A DNA stretch of 20,962 nucleotides, from the NCBI GenBank assembly GCA_044869275.1, contig JBIOXB010000227.1, positions 1-20,962 of the forward strand, in the 5' to 3' direction. This DNA comes from a bacterium (GTDB taxonomy: Bacteria; Zhuqueibacterota; Zhuqueibacteria; Zhuqueibacterales; Zhuqueibacteraceae). The position numbers and the translations under genes were made by a program. Of the stretch, positions 5,902-13,388 are shown one piece after another (position 1 is the stretch's first letter; each line of letters opens with the position of its first letter). The notes under the pieces were generated by a model. That model was not told where the DNA came from, searched no databases, and saw only the letters and a list, made by a program, of their open reading frames with translations.

Positions 5902-7035
5902 TCAGGCGACGAGCGCCGCTTTCACCCGCCGCACGCCTGCGCGGATCGTATCGAAGTCCGTCGCAAAGGAGAGCCGCAGGTAACCCTCTGCTTCCTCTCC
6001 AAACGCCGCGCCGGGGATGGTGATCACTTTATTTTGCAGCATGCGTTCCGCCACCTCGAGCGAAGCGCCAAATCGCGAAATTGCCAGCATCAAATAAAAA
6101 GCGCCGTCGGGAATGATGCGGTCGAGGTTTAAATCGGCAAATTGGGTGTCTAGCAATTCCACCAGAAAATCGCGGCGAGCGCGCAAGTCCTGCCGCAGCT
6201 CGGCGAGCGCGGCGCGGCCTTCTTCCGTGAATGCCGCCAGCGCGGCGCGTTGTGAGATGGCGGAGGCGCAAGTGGTGGCGTACTGGTGCAGAACAATCAG
6301 GTGACGCACGATTTCCGGATCGCCATAAATCCAGCCGAGGCGCCATCCCGTCATTGCGTGCGACTTCGACAAGCCCGAGATCACCACCGTGTGCGGATAA
6401 AAATCGCCAATCGCAGCAGGCCGCACGTCGAAATAAAGCTCGCGATAGACCTCATCCGCAATCACGAGAGCCGAAGAGCCCTGCAAAGCATTGGCGAGCG
6501 CTTTGAGATTTTCGGGCGTGAGCATACGGCCGGTGGGATTCGAGGGGCTGTTGATGATCACCGCGCGCGTGTTCGCAGTGAGGCGCTGCCGGAATTCTTC
6601 GGCATCAAACGCAAAGCCGTGCCGTGCCGGCAACTTGTAGAAGACGGGTTTACCGCCCGCCATTCGCACCAGCGCGGGATAAGCGACAAAGCCGGAGTCG
6701 GGCAAAAGCACGTCGTCGCCGGGATTGATCAACCCCATCAACGCAACGAAAAGTGCTTCTTGCGAGCCGTTGGTGACGCAGACGCCTTCAAATCTCGCGG
6801 CATCACCATAATCCGCGGCAATCGCGCGCCGGAGCTCGAGCAATCCGGCATTGGGGGTGTAGCGGATTTTTCCGGTATGGATGAAGCGCTGCGCTGCCGC
6901 ACGAATGGCGCCAGGCGTGGGAAAATCCGGCTCGCCCAAACCCAGATTGATCGCGTCCAATGGCGCACGATCAAAAATCTGCCGAATGACGGATTTCTCG
7001 ATTCCGGCCAGACGGGCAGCGGGCGTAAATTTCAT
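5902..7035 (-). CDS. Class I/II PLP-dependent aminotransferase; by context a candidate N-succinyl-diaminopimelate aminotransferase
   Basis: INLGLGEPDFPTP, TPNAGLLELR, and SGLSKSHAMTGWRLGW (PLP lysine motif). I prefer ATG 7035 (MKFTPAARL). The track start at 7065 is a TTG inside repeat H4. The family call is solid; the DapC role is inference from neighbours. Confidence 0.85.
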   Translation of the reverse strand: MKFTPAARLAGIEKSVIRQIFDRAPLDAINLGLGEPDFPTPGAIRAAAQRFIHTGKIRYTPNAGLLELRRAIAADYGDAARFEGVCVTNGSQEALFVALMGLINPGDDVLLPDSGFVAYPALVRMAGGKPVFYKLPARHGFAFDAEEFRQRLTANTRAVIINSPSNPTGRMLTPENLKALANALQGSSALVIADEVYRELYFDVRPAAIGDFYPHTVVISGLSKSHAMTGWRLGWIYGDPEIVRHLIVLHQYATTCASAISQRAALAAFTEEGRAALAELRQDLRARRDFLVELLDTQFADLNLDRIIPDGAFYLMLAISRFGASLEVAERMLQNKVITIPGAAFGEEAEGYLRLSFATDFDTIRAGVRRVKAALVA

Positions 7036-7056
7036 AGTAATGGATGGCCTATTATT

Positions 7057-7090
7057 AAAATCCAAAACTCAAAATTCAAAATCCAAAAAT
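7057..7090. repeat. Family-A hairpin H4, left arm (separated from its right arm by a 327-nt insert)
   Basis: AAAATCCAAAACTCAAAATTCAAAATCCAAAAAT. Confidence 0.75.
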
Positions 7091-7173
7091 ACAGAGGAAT
7101 TTTAGTCAGCAAATGGGGAGATGGGTTTTAAAAGAACTACTACTCTATCACCTTAATTGCTATACCCTCAATA

Positions 7174-7371
7174 GTGTCATCCCGCCTTGCGGGATCTTGG
7201 TTGAATCAAGCACTGTGCTTATGCCGCACAAGATTCAGACTGTGTGAAAACGCTTGGTTGCAACGCCGGCTGAGCTTGTCGAAGCCGGATTTTTGAACTT
7301 AGCACCCTTCGACAAGCTCAGGGTGCGGCCTACCCAAGTTTTCACACAGTCTGATTCCTTCTGAATGACAC
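7174..7371. mobile_element. Family-B MITE-like palindromic element, copy B1 (core 7232-7357)
   Basis: Terminal inverted repeats GATTCAGACTGTGTGAAAAC (7232-7251) and GTTTTCACACAGTCTGATTC (7338-7357). Central 15-bp perfect stem CTGAGCTTGTCGAAG / CTTCGACAAGCTCAG. Outer small hairpins GTGTCATCCCGCCTTGCGGGATC and GATTCCTTCTGAATGACAC. No ORF. Confidence 0.7.
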
Positions 7372-7417
7372 TTCGTAGTCAAGTGGCTAAAAGAACTATG
7401 ATGACAATGCAGTAGTC

Positions 7418-7446
7418 ATTTGGATTTTGAATTTTGTGCTTTGGAG
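7418..7446. repeat. Family-A hairpin H4, right arm
   Basis: ATTTGGATTTTGAATTTTGTGCTTTGGAG. It ends 2 nt before the dapD stop codon (7449-7451). Confidence 0.75.
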
Positions 7447-7448
7447 TT

Positions 7449-8282
7449 CTACCTCAGCTCTTCCTCGAGTCGAATCGCGCGATCGGTTTTCTCGTCACGA
7501 TATTTCACGATGATGGGCGTGTAAATCGCCAGGCCCAATTCCTTGCCCCGGCCCTGCGCGATGGGCCGCGTGCCGGGAATCACCACGGCGTTGGCGGGAA
7601 TCTCGAGCGGGCGCTCCGCGGTTTTGTGATGAATTTCATCTTTGACGAGATCATAAACCGGCGTTGCACCGGTGAGAATGACGCCGGCGCCGATGACGGC
7701 GCCTCGCCGCACGATTGTTCCTTCATAAATCCCGCAATTGCCGCCGACCAGCACCTCGTCTTCCACAATCACCGGCAGCGCGCCCACGGGCTCGAGCACG
7801 CCGCCGATTTGCGCGCCCGCGCTCAAATGCACGCGCTTGCCGATTTGCGCACACGAGCCGACCAGCGCGTGTGAATCGATCATGGTGCCGTCATCGACAT
7901 ACGCGCCGGCGTTGACATACATCGGCGGCATGCAGGTTACGCCCCGCCCCAAAAAACATCCATCGCGAATAGCAGAACCGCCGGGAACGATACGCACACC
8001 GTCATTGATGCGGATCGCTTTCAGCGGATAGGTGCTTTTGTCATAATAAATGAAATGCTCGTCGAGCGACATATCCTGCAGCGCGCCGATGCGAAACCCG
8101 AGCAGGAGGCCTTTTTTGACCCAGGCATGCACACGCCACTCCTCGCCGATTTTTTCTGCGGCGCGTACGCGACCGGCGTTGAGCTCAGTTTTCAGGGCAT
8201 TGAAAGCGGTGGAGTATTCGTCGCAGTACTTTTCTTGCGGCGGTTGGGCGAAGAGAGACTCGATTTGTTGCTGGAGGTTCAT
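7449..8282 (-). CDS. dapD: 2,3,4,5-tetrahydropyridine-2,6-dicarboxylate N-succinyltransferase
   Basis: The hexapeptide-repeat core [44 protein letters not shown] closely parallels E. coli DapD ([44 protein letters not shown]). I prefer ATG 8282 ([11 protein letters not shown]). The track start at 8306 is a TTG. Confidence 0.9.
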   Translation of the reverse strand: [277 protein letters not shown]

Positions 8283-8347
8283 TATCGTTTTCGTTGGAAA
8301 TGACAACTATCACTACAACGTTAAGTGGGCCGCCTTCTCCTCTGTTT

Positions 8348-8442
8348 GTCATTCCGGACGAATCAGACTGTGTGAAAACGCTTAGCTTCAACGCAGGCTG
8401 AACTTGTCGAAGCCTGATTTTTGAACTTAGCATCCTTCGACA
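8348..8442. mobile_element. Family-B element, copy B2, truncated (left ~60% only)
   Basis: GTCATTCCGGACGAATCAGACTGTGTGAAAACGCTTAGCTTCAACGCAGGCTGAACTTGTCGAAGCCTGATTTTTGAACTTAGCATCCTTCGACA. The right terminal repeat is missing. Confidence 0.7.
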
Positions 8443-8539
8443 GCGGTCACTCAGTCAATTGGAGCAGCCGCCTGCACGCAAAGCGTTAAACAGGCATTCC
8501 CACGCGGAGCGCGGGAACGAGGAACGTTAAGGAGGAAAT

Positions 8540-8771
8540 TTTTGAACGCGGATGACACGGATTGTGCTGATGAACACGGATAAAGCAAAAATCGAGTAAT
8601 TCGTCAGAGCATAATAATTCTGAGTCAAAATGAATAAATACCTTTTTCACGATCTTGGCTCAAATCATCTCGCCTCTATGCTTTGAGCCTTGGTGTTCAT
8701 TTGACGGGTACGAGCAGTAAAAATAAAAATCCGTGGCGATCCGTGTTATTCGCGTCATCCGTGTTCAAAAG
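8540..8771. repeat. Family-D element: about 42-nt imperfect inverted ends made of (G)ATGA(A/C)ACGGAT motifs around an AT-rich core
   Basis: Left end: TTTTGAACGCGGATGACACGGATTGTGCTGATGAACACGGAT. Right end: ATCCGTGGCGATCCGTGTTATTCGCGTCATCCGTGTTCAAAAG. The same CACGGAT motif builds the hairpin at 4047-4109. Confidence 0.6.
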
Positions 8772-8801
8772 ATTTTGCTTCAGCTGGCCTCCATCATATG
8801 C

Positions 8802-9698
8802 TCAAACGCGCACCAACCCCAGTTCCTTCATGGCGTGCCGCAGTTTGTTTTTATTGTCCTCGCTCATCGGCACTAACGGCAGGCGGTAGGATTCTTCGAT
8901 CAAGCCCATCATCGCCAAGCCGGCCTTGACCGGAATGGGGTTGGTCTCGATGAAGTTGAGTTTCATCAAGCTGTAAAGCTTGCGCTGGAGGTTACGCGCA
9001 TCCTGGTATTTTCCTGCGAAGCAGAGATGGGCCAAATCGGACATCATACGCGGCACTTGATTCGACACTACGGAAATCACGCCACAGCCGCCCAGCGCGA
9101 TAAGCGGCAGCGTAAGCGCATCGTCGCCGGAGAACAGCTTGAAATCGGGCGGAATTTTCATTGCCAATTCGGTGATTTGATTGATGTCGCCGCAAGCTTC
9201 TTTGATGCCGATGATATTGTCGATCGCGCTCAACTGCACCACGGTATCGGGCAGCAAATTGGTGGAAGTGCGGCCCGGCACGTTGTACAGAATAATGGGA
9301 AGCTTTACGCTTGCGGCCAGGGCGCGATAATGCTCCAGGAGCCCGGCCTGCGTGGGCTTGTTATAGTAGGGCGTGACTGAAAGTAAACCATCTACGCCGA
9401 GGCTGGCGATCCTTTGCGCCATCTCGATCACGTGCGCGGTGTTGTTGCCGCCCGCGCCGGCAATCACCGGCACGCGGCCACGGGCGTGCTGCACTACAAC
9501 TGCAACGACGCGCAGATGCTCGGCCATGCTCAGCGTGGCGCTTTCGCCGGTGGTGCCGCACGGCACGAGAAAATCAATGCCTTCGCGGATTTGAAAATCC
9601 ACCAACCGCTGTAGTGCCTCCTCGTCGACCTGGCCGCCAGCCTTGAACGGCGTAACCAGCGCCGTGCCGCAGCCTTGGAGGTTTTTGAGTTTGGTCAT
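8802..9698 (-). CDS. dapA: 4-hydroxy-tetrahydrodipicolinate synthase
   Basis: GTALVTPF, VPCGTTGESATLS, YNVPGRT, and IIGIKEA (Schiff-base lysine context). I prefer ATG 9698, preceded by GGAGAAAAAC. The upstream codons of the track ORF fall in a repeat region. Confidence 0.92.
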   Translation of the reverse strand: MTKLKNLQGCGTALVTPFKAGGQVDEEALQRLVDFQIREGIDFLVPCGTTGESATLSMAEHLRVVAVVVQHARGRVPVIAGAGGNNTAHVIEMAQRIASLGVDGLLSVTPYYNKPTQAGLLEHYRALAASVKLPIILYNVPGRTSTNLLPDTVVQLSAIDNIIGIKEACGDINQITELAMKIPPDFKLFSGDDALTLPLIALGGCGVISVVSNQVPRMMSDLAHLCFAGKYQDARNLQRKLYSLMKLNFIETNPIPVKAGLAMMGLIEESYRLPLVPMSEDNKNKLRHAMKELGLVRV

Positions 9699-9725
9699 GT
9701 TTTTCTCCATGAATGATTGCAAAAA

Positions 9726-9795
9726 GCATAGAGCAAAGCGCATGGCGCATGGCGATTTTCACCCACTCTCCCCGTCTCCCACTCTCCCCGTCTCC
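9726..9795. repeat. Heptamer array GCATAGA GCAAAGC GCATGGC GCATGGC, followed by a 16-nt tandem CACTCTCCCCGTCTCC x2
   Basis: Read directly: heptamers at 9726-9753 and 16-mers at 9764-9779 and 9780-9795. The heptamers are the reverse complement of the array at 10784-10832. Confidence 0.8.
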
Positions 9796-9799
9796 CTAT

Positions 9800-10495
9800 C
9801 TATGCCCTCCGCGCAATGATTTCCCGAAATTCATAAAACCCTTCGCGTCCGGCAATCCATTTTGCGGCGAACAGCGCACCTTCGGCAAAGCCTTCGCGAT
9901 TGCGGGCGGTGTGTTCAAGTCGAATGGTATCGACGGCGGAATCGAAACTCACCACGTGTGTTCCGGGAATGTGGCCGGCGCGCACGCTGGTCACCGGAAT
10001 TTGGCGTTCGCCGTAGGCATTCGCCAGAGAATTTTGCAGCACCAATGCGGTGCCGGAGGGTGCATCCTTCTTGAATTGATGATGCCTCTCTTCGACGAAA
10101 GGATCGTATTGCTCGAAGGCCGCGAAAACCTGCGAGGCGCGCTCCACAATTTCATAAAACAAATTGACGCCAATTGAAAAATTCGAACCATAAACCAAAC
10201 CGAGACCGCTGCTGGCGACGATTGCCCTTGCTTCTTCAAGTTGGTGATGCCAGCCGGTGGTGCCAACGACCAGATTGAGCGAAAGTGCGGCGGCAGCGCG
10301 AACATTGCCGAGCACAGCGTCGGGCACGGAAAAGTCGATGAGTGTCGGCGCCCCTGCCAGAGCCTGGCGGGTCGCTTGATCCGCGCGCAGAGGCTGCTCG
10401 CGGGTGAAGTGCGCGACCACCTCGCAGCCGTGGCGTGGCGCCAGAGCTGCGATCATGTGGCCCATTTTGCCGTAACCGAGAAGGGCGATTTTCAT
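9800..10495 (-). CDS. dapB: 4-hydroxy-tetrahydrodipicolinate reductase (short form, 231 aa)
   Basis: MKIALLGYGKMGH (nucleotide-binding loop) and EERHHQFKKDAPSGTA (canonical DapB E-x-HH-x2-K-x-DAPSGTA). ATG 10495 is preceded by AGGAGG. The 44 extra N-terminal codons of the track ORF translate MITE copy B3. Confidence 0.92.
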   Translation of the reverse strand: MKIALLGYGKMGHMIAALAPRHGCEVVAHFTREQPLRADQATRQALAGAPTLIDFSVPDAVLGNVRAAAALSLNLVVGTTGWHHQLEEARAIVASSGLGLVYGSNFSIGVNLFYEIVERASQVFAAFEQYDPFVEERHHQFKKDAPSGTALVLQNSLANAYGERQIPVTSVRAGHIPGTHVVSFDSAVDTIRLEHTARNREGFAEGALFAAKWIAGREGFYEFREIIARRA

Positions 10496-10511
10496 TTTTC
10501 GCCAGCCTCCT

Positions 10512-10661
10512 GTCATCCTGCAAGGACCAGACTGTGTGAAAACTCGGGAATGCCGCACCCTGAGCTTGTCGAAGGGTGCTAAGTTCAAAAATCCGGCTTC
10601 GACAAGCTCAGCCGGCGTTGAAACCAAGCGTTTTCACGCAGGCTGATTCTATCAGCATGAC
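10512..10661. mobile_element. Family-B MITE-like element, copy B3 (full length, inverted relative to B1)
   Basis: Ends: GTCATCCTGCAAGGACCAGACTGTGTGAAAAC ... GTTTTCACGCAGGCTGATTCTATCAGCATGAC. A central stretch of about 65 nt is identical to the reverse complement of B1. Confidence 0.75.
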
Positions 10662-10783
10662 ATTATGATACTGTTGCTACTCATATGATGCCGCGCTGCT
10701 GAAAATCCTCCACAACGATTGCGGATGACATCATCTCGCCATGGGAGAAAACCTTGCCTCGGCAGAGCGTGACGTCCGATTTG

Positions 10784-10832
10784 CCATGCCCTTTGCGCCA
10801 TGCTCTATGCGCTATGCCCTATGCGCTATGCA
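10784..10832. repeat. Heptamer tandem array, 7 units, consensus C(C/T)ATGC(G/C)
   Basis: CCATGCC CTTTGCG CCATGCT CTATGCG CTATGCC CTATGCG CTATGCA, ending 16 nt below the asd stop codon (10849-10851). Confidence 0.8.
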
Positions 10833-10848
10833 CGCTGATCGCTGCGCA

Positions 10849-11901
10849 TTAAATTCTCCCCTGCGCCGCCAGCAGCTCCGCATTCAGAAGCGAGGCGCCG
10901 GCCGCGCCGCGAATCGTATTGTGGCCCAAAATCACCATGCGATAATCCAAAATCGGGCAAGGGCGAATGCGGCCAACGAGCGTGGCCATGCCGTTGGCAA
11001 ACATCACGTCACGCTTGGGCTGTGGCCGGTCGTTTTCTTCCATCACCAAAACCGGCTGCGGCGGAGCGGAGGGCAGTTGCAGTTCTTGCGGCAAGCCGCG
11101 AAAACTCTGCAGTCGCTCTTTGATCGCAGCGACAGAGGCCGGCATCTTGAGCTTGACCGACAGGCATTCGGTGTGGCCGTTTTCCACCGGCACGCGATTG
11201 GTTTGCGCACTGACGAGGAAGTCCGCCAGCTCCACTCTGCCGTCGACTAAACGGCCCAAAATTTTTCGCGTCTCGATCTCCATTTTTTCTTCTTCGCCGC
11301 CGATGAACGGGATCACGTTGCCCAGAATATCCAGCGACGGCACACCGGGATAGCCGGCGCCGGAGACCGCCTGCAACGTGACCACAAAGACTTTTTCCAC
11401 CTCAAAAGCCCGGTGCAACGGCCCCAAAGCCATCGCCAGAAACATGGTCGAGCAATTCGAATTGGTGACGATGAATCCCGGCCAGCCGCGTTTTCGTTTT
11501 TGCGATTCGATCAGGGTAAGATGATCGGCGTTCAGCTCCGGAATGACGAGCGGCACATCGCCGGCGAGGCGATGATTGCGCGCGTTGCTAAAAACCGCAT
11601 ACCCGGCAGCGGCAAATTCGGCCTCCACCTCGCCGGCCACGGCGGCATCCAGGCCGGAGAAAACGATGCGGCAGTCCAGCTCCGGGCGGCAGGGCTTGAC
11701 GGTGAGGCGGCGCGTGCTTTCCGGCAGCGGCCTGCTTTGCAGCCAGCGCACGGCTTCGCCATAGGTTTTGCCCGCGGAACGTTCCGAAGCAGCCACTTCG
11801 GTTAAATCGAACCAGGGGTGGTTTTCGAGCAATTGCACGAACCTCTGGCCGACGGCGCCGGTCGCGCCCAGCACACCGGCCTTGATTTTCTCATTCTTCA
11901 T
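10849..11901 (-). CDS. asd: Aspartate-semialdehyde dehydrogenase
   Basis: [13 protein letters not shown] (NAD(P) loop) and [16 protein letters not shown] (active-site Cys). I prefer ATG 11901 ([12 protein letters not shown]), 38 nt below the lysC stop. Confidence 0.92.
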   Translation of the reverse strand: MKNEKIKAGVLGATGAVGQRFVQLLENHPWFDLTEVAASERSAGKTYGEAVRWLQSRPLPESTRRLTVKPCRPELDCRIVFSGLDAAVAGEVEAEFAAAGYAVFSNARNHRLAGDVPLVIPELNADHLTLIESQKRKRGWPGFIVTNSNCSTMFLAMALGPLHRAFEVEKVFVVTLQAVSGAGYPGVPSLDILGNVIPFIGGEEEKMEIETRKILGRLVDGRVELADFLVSAQTNRVPVENGHTECLSVKLKMPASVAAIKERLQSFRGLPQELQLPSAPPQPVLVMEENDRPQPKRDVMFANGMATLVGRIRPCPILDYRMVILGHNTIRGAAGASLLNAELLAAQGRI

Positions 11902-11939
11902 GCGATCGTTTGAGCCCTCGGGTGAGATTGAAAATGCGC

Positions 11940-13349
11940 CTACTCGAACACGTGCTTCCATTGCGCCGCGTAGGCAAAAAATTCATCGTGCAGGCATTTG
12001 ACGGCGGCGGCAATTTGCACTTCATCGATCACGAACGTGAGATTGATTTCCGAGCCGCCGTGCGAGATAAGCTCGACCTCAACGCCGGCGCGTTCGAGCG
12101 CGGCGAACACGCGCGCCGGTTTCAGATTTTCGCCCACCACGCAGCAGACTGCCCTGCCGTGCTGAACCCGCACCTCCGCAAACTGGCTGAGTGCAGCCAG
12201 GAGGGGCTCGAGATGGTCGGCATTGTCGATCGTCAACGAAACACTGACTTCCGAAGTGGCGATGACGTCGATGCTCTTCTGATGTTGCGCAAACACTTCG
12301 AACAGACGCGCCAAAAATCCGTGTGCCATGAGCATGCGCGTACTCTGCACCGTGATCGTGGTGATGTGTTCCTTATAAGCGATCGACTTGACGATGCCCG
12401 GCGCCGGCCGGGCGGCGGTGTTCGTGATGAGCGTGCCCTCGCCCTCCGGCCGCCTGGAGTTCAACACGCGCACCGGAATGTTCTTTTGGATCGCCGGCAA
12501 TATGGTGCTCGGATGCAAAACTTTGGCGCCAAAATACGCCAGCTCAGCCGCTTCGTTGAAGGTCATCTGTTTGATGCGTCGCGCTTCCGGCAACAAGGAA
12601 GGGTCGGCGCTGAGCACGCCGTCCACATCGGTCCAGATCTGAATCTCGCTCACCTCGAGCGCAGCGCCGAAGAGAGCGGCAGAATAATCTGAGCCGCCGC
12701 GTCCGATGGTGGTGGTCATGCCGTTCTCCGTGGCGCCAATGAATCCTTGCGTGATCACGATCGTGCCCTTTTGCAGCAGCGGCAGAAAGGCCTCTTTGGC
12801 TTTGGCGTAAGTGCGATCAATCAAAGGCGCCGCCCGTGTGAATTCCGTGCCCGTCACCAATACCTTGCGGGCATCCACCAGACTGGCGGCCACTCCGCGT
12901 TGCAGCAGCTCGTGGCTGAGCAAAAGTGAGGACCACTGTTCTCCAAAGGCCGCAAATTGGTCGAGCGTGCGCGGCGTCAATTCTTGCAGCACGCCCAGGC
13001 TTTGCACGAGTTTTTCCAGCTCCAGACAATCTTGTGTGATCCGGTCTTTCACCAATGCCAGGGCGTGCTCAATGCTGCGAGACTTTCCTTGCTGCGGGCC
13101 TGTTTCCGCAAAAAGCCCCTCGGCAATGGTGCAATGGCGGTCCCGCAGCTTCGCAATCAAAGCCATGGCTTCCGGCACGCGGCTCGCTGCGCCCTTTTTC
13201 GCGAGGTCGAGCAAGGCGTTGGTCACACCCGCGCCGGCAGAAACAACCACCAATGGGGTATGCGCTTGCTCGCGCAAAATGATATCGGCGGCATTGCGCA
13301 GCGCGGCGGCGTCTTGCACCGAAGTGCCGCCGAATTTCATGACGATCAT
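11940..13349 (-). CDS. lysC: Aspartate kinase (monofunctional, LysC-type, 469 aa)
   Basis: [38 protein letters not shown] parallels the N-terminus of E. coli LysC. There are C-terminal ACT-like repeats. AGGAAAG lies upstream of ATG 13349. Confidence 0.92.
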   Translation of the reverse strand: MIVMKFGGTSVQDAAALRNAADIILREQAHTPLVVVSAGAGVTNALLDLAKKGAASRVPEAMALIAKLRDRHCTIAEGLFAETGPQQGKSRSIEHALALVKDRITQDCLELEKLVQSLGVLQELTPRTLDQFAAFGEQWSSLLLSHELLQRGVAASLVDARKVLVTGTEFTRAAPLIDRTYAKAKEAFLPLLQKGTIVITQGFIGATENGMTTTIGRGGSDYSAALFGAALEVSEIQIWTDVDGVLSADPSLLPEARRIKQMTFNEAAELAYFGAKVLHPSTILPAIQKNIPVRVLNSRRPEGEGTLITNTAARPAPGIVKSIAYKEHITTITVQSTRMLMAHGFLARLFEVFAQHQKSIDVIATSEVSVSLTIDNADHLEPLLAALSQFAEVRVQHGRAVCCVVGENLKPARVFAALERAGVEVELISHGGSEINLTFVIDEVQIAAAVKCLHDEFFAYAAQWKHVFE

Positions 13350-13388
13350 TTTTTGACTTTCCTAATCCTTTCAACTAAGCTTGAAATG

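Noticed and set aside
10496-10627. 44-codon N-terminal extension of the dapB track ORF (MVSTPAELVEAGFLNLAPFDKLRVRHS...)
   Set aside because: These codons translate MITE copy B3. The canonical MKIALLGYGKMG start at 10495 has an AGGAGG Shine-Dalgarno sequence.
9699-13388. Lysine (L-box) riboswitch in front of lysC, asd, dapB or dapA
   Set aside because: The spacers before lysC and asd are under 40 nt. Those before dapB and dapA are filled by recognisable repeats, and I saw no L-box-like conserved core. Only an Infernal scan could settle this.
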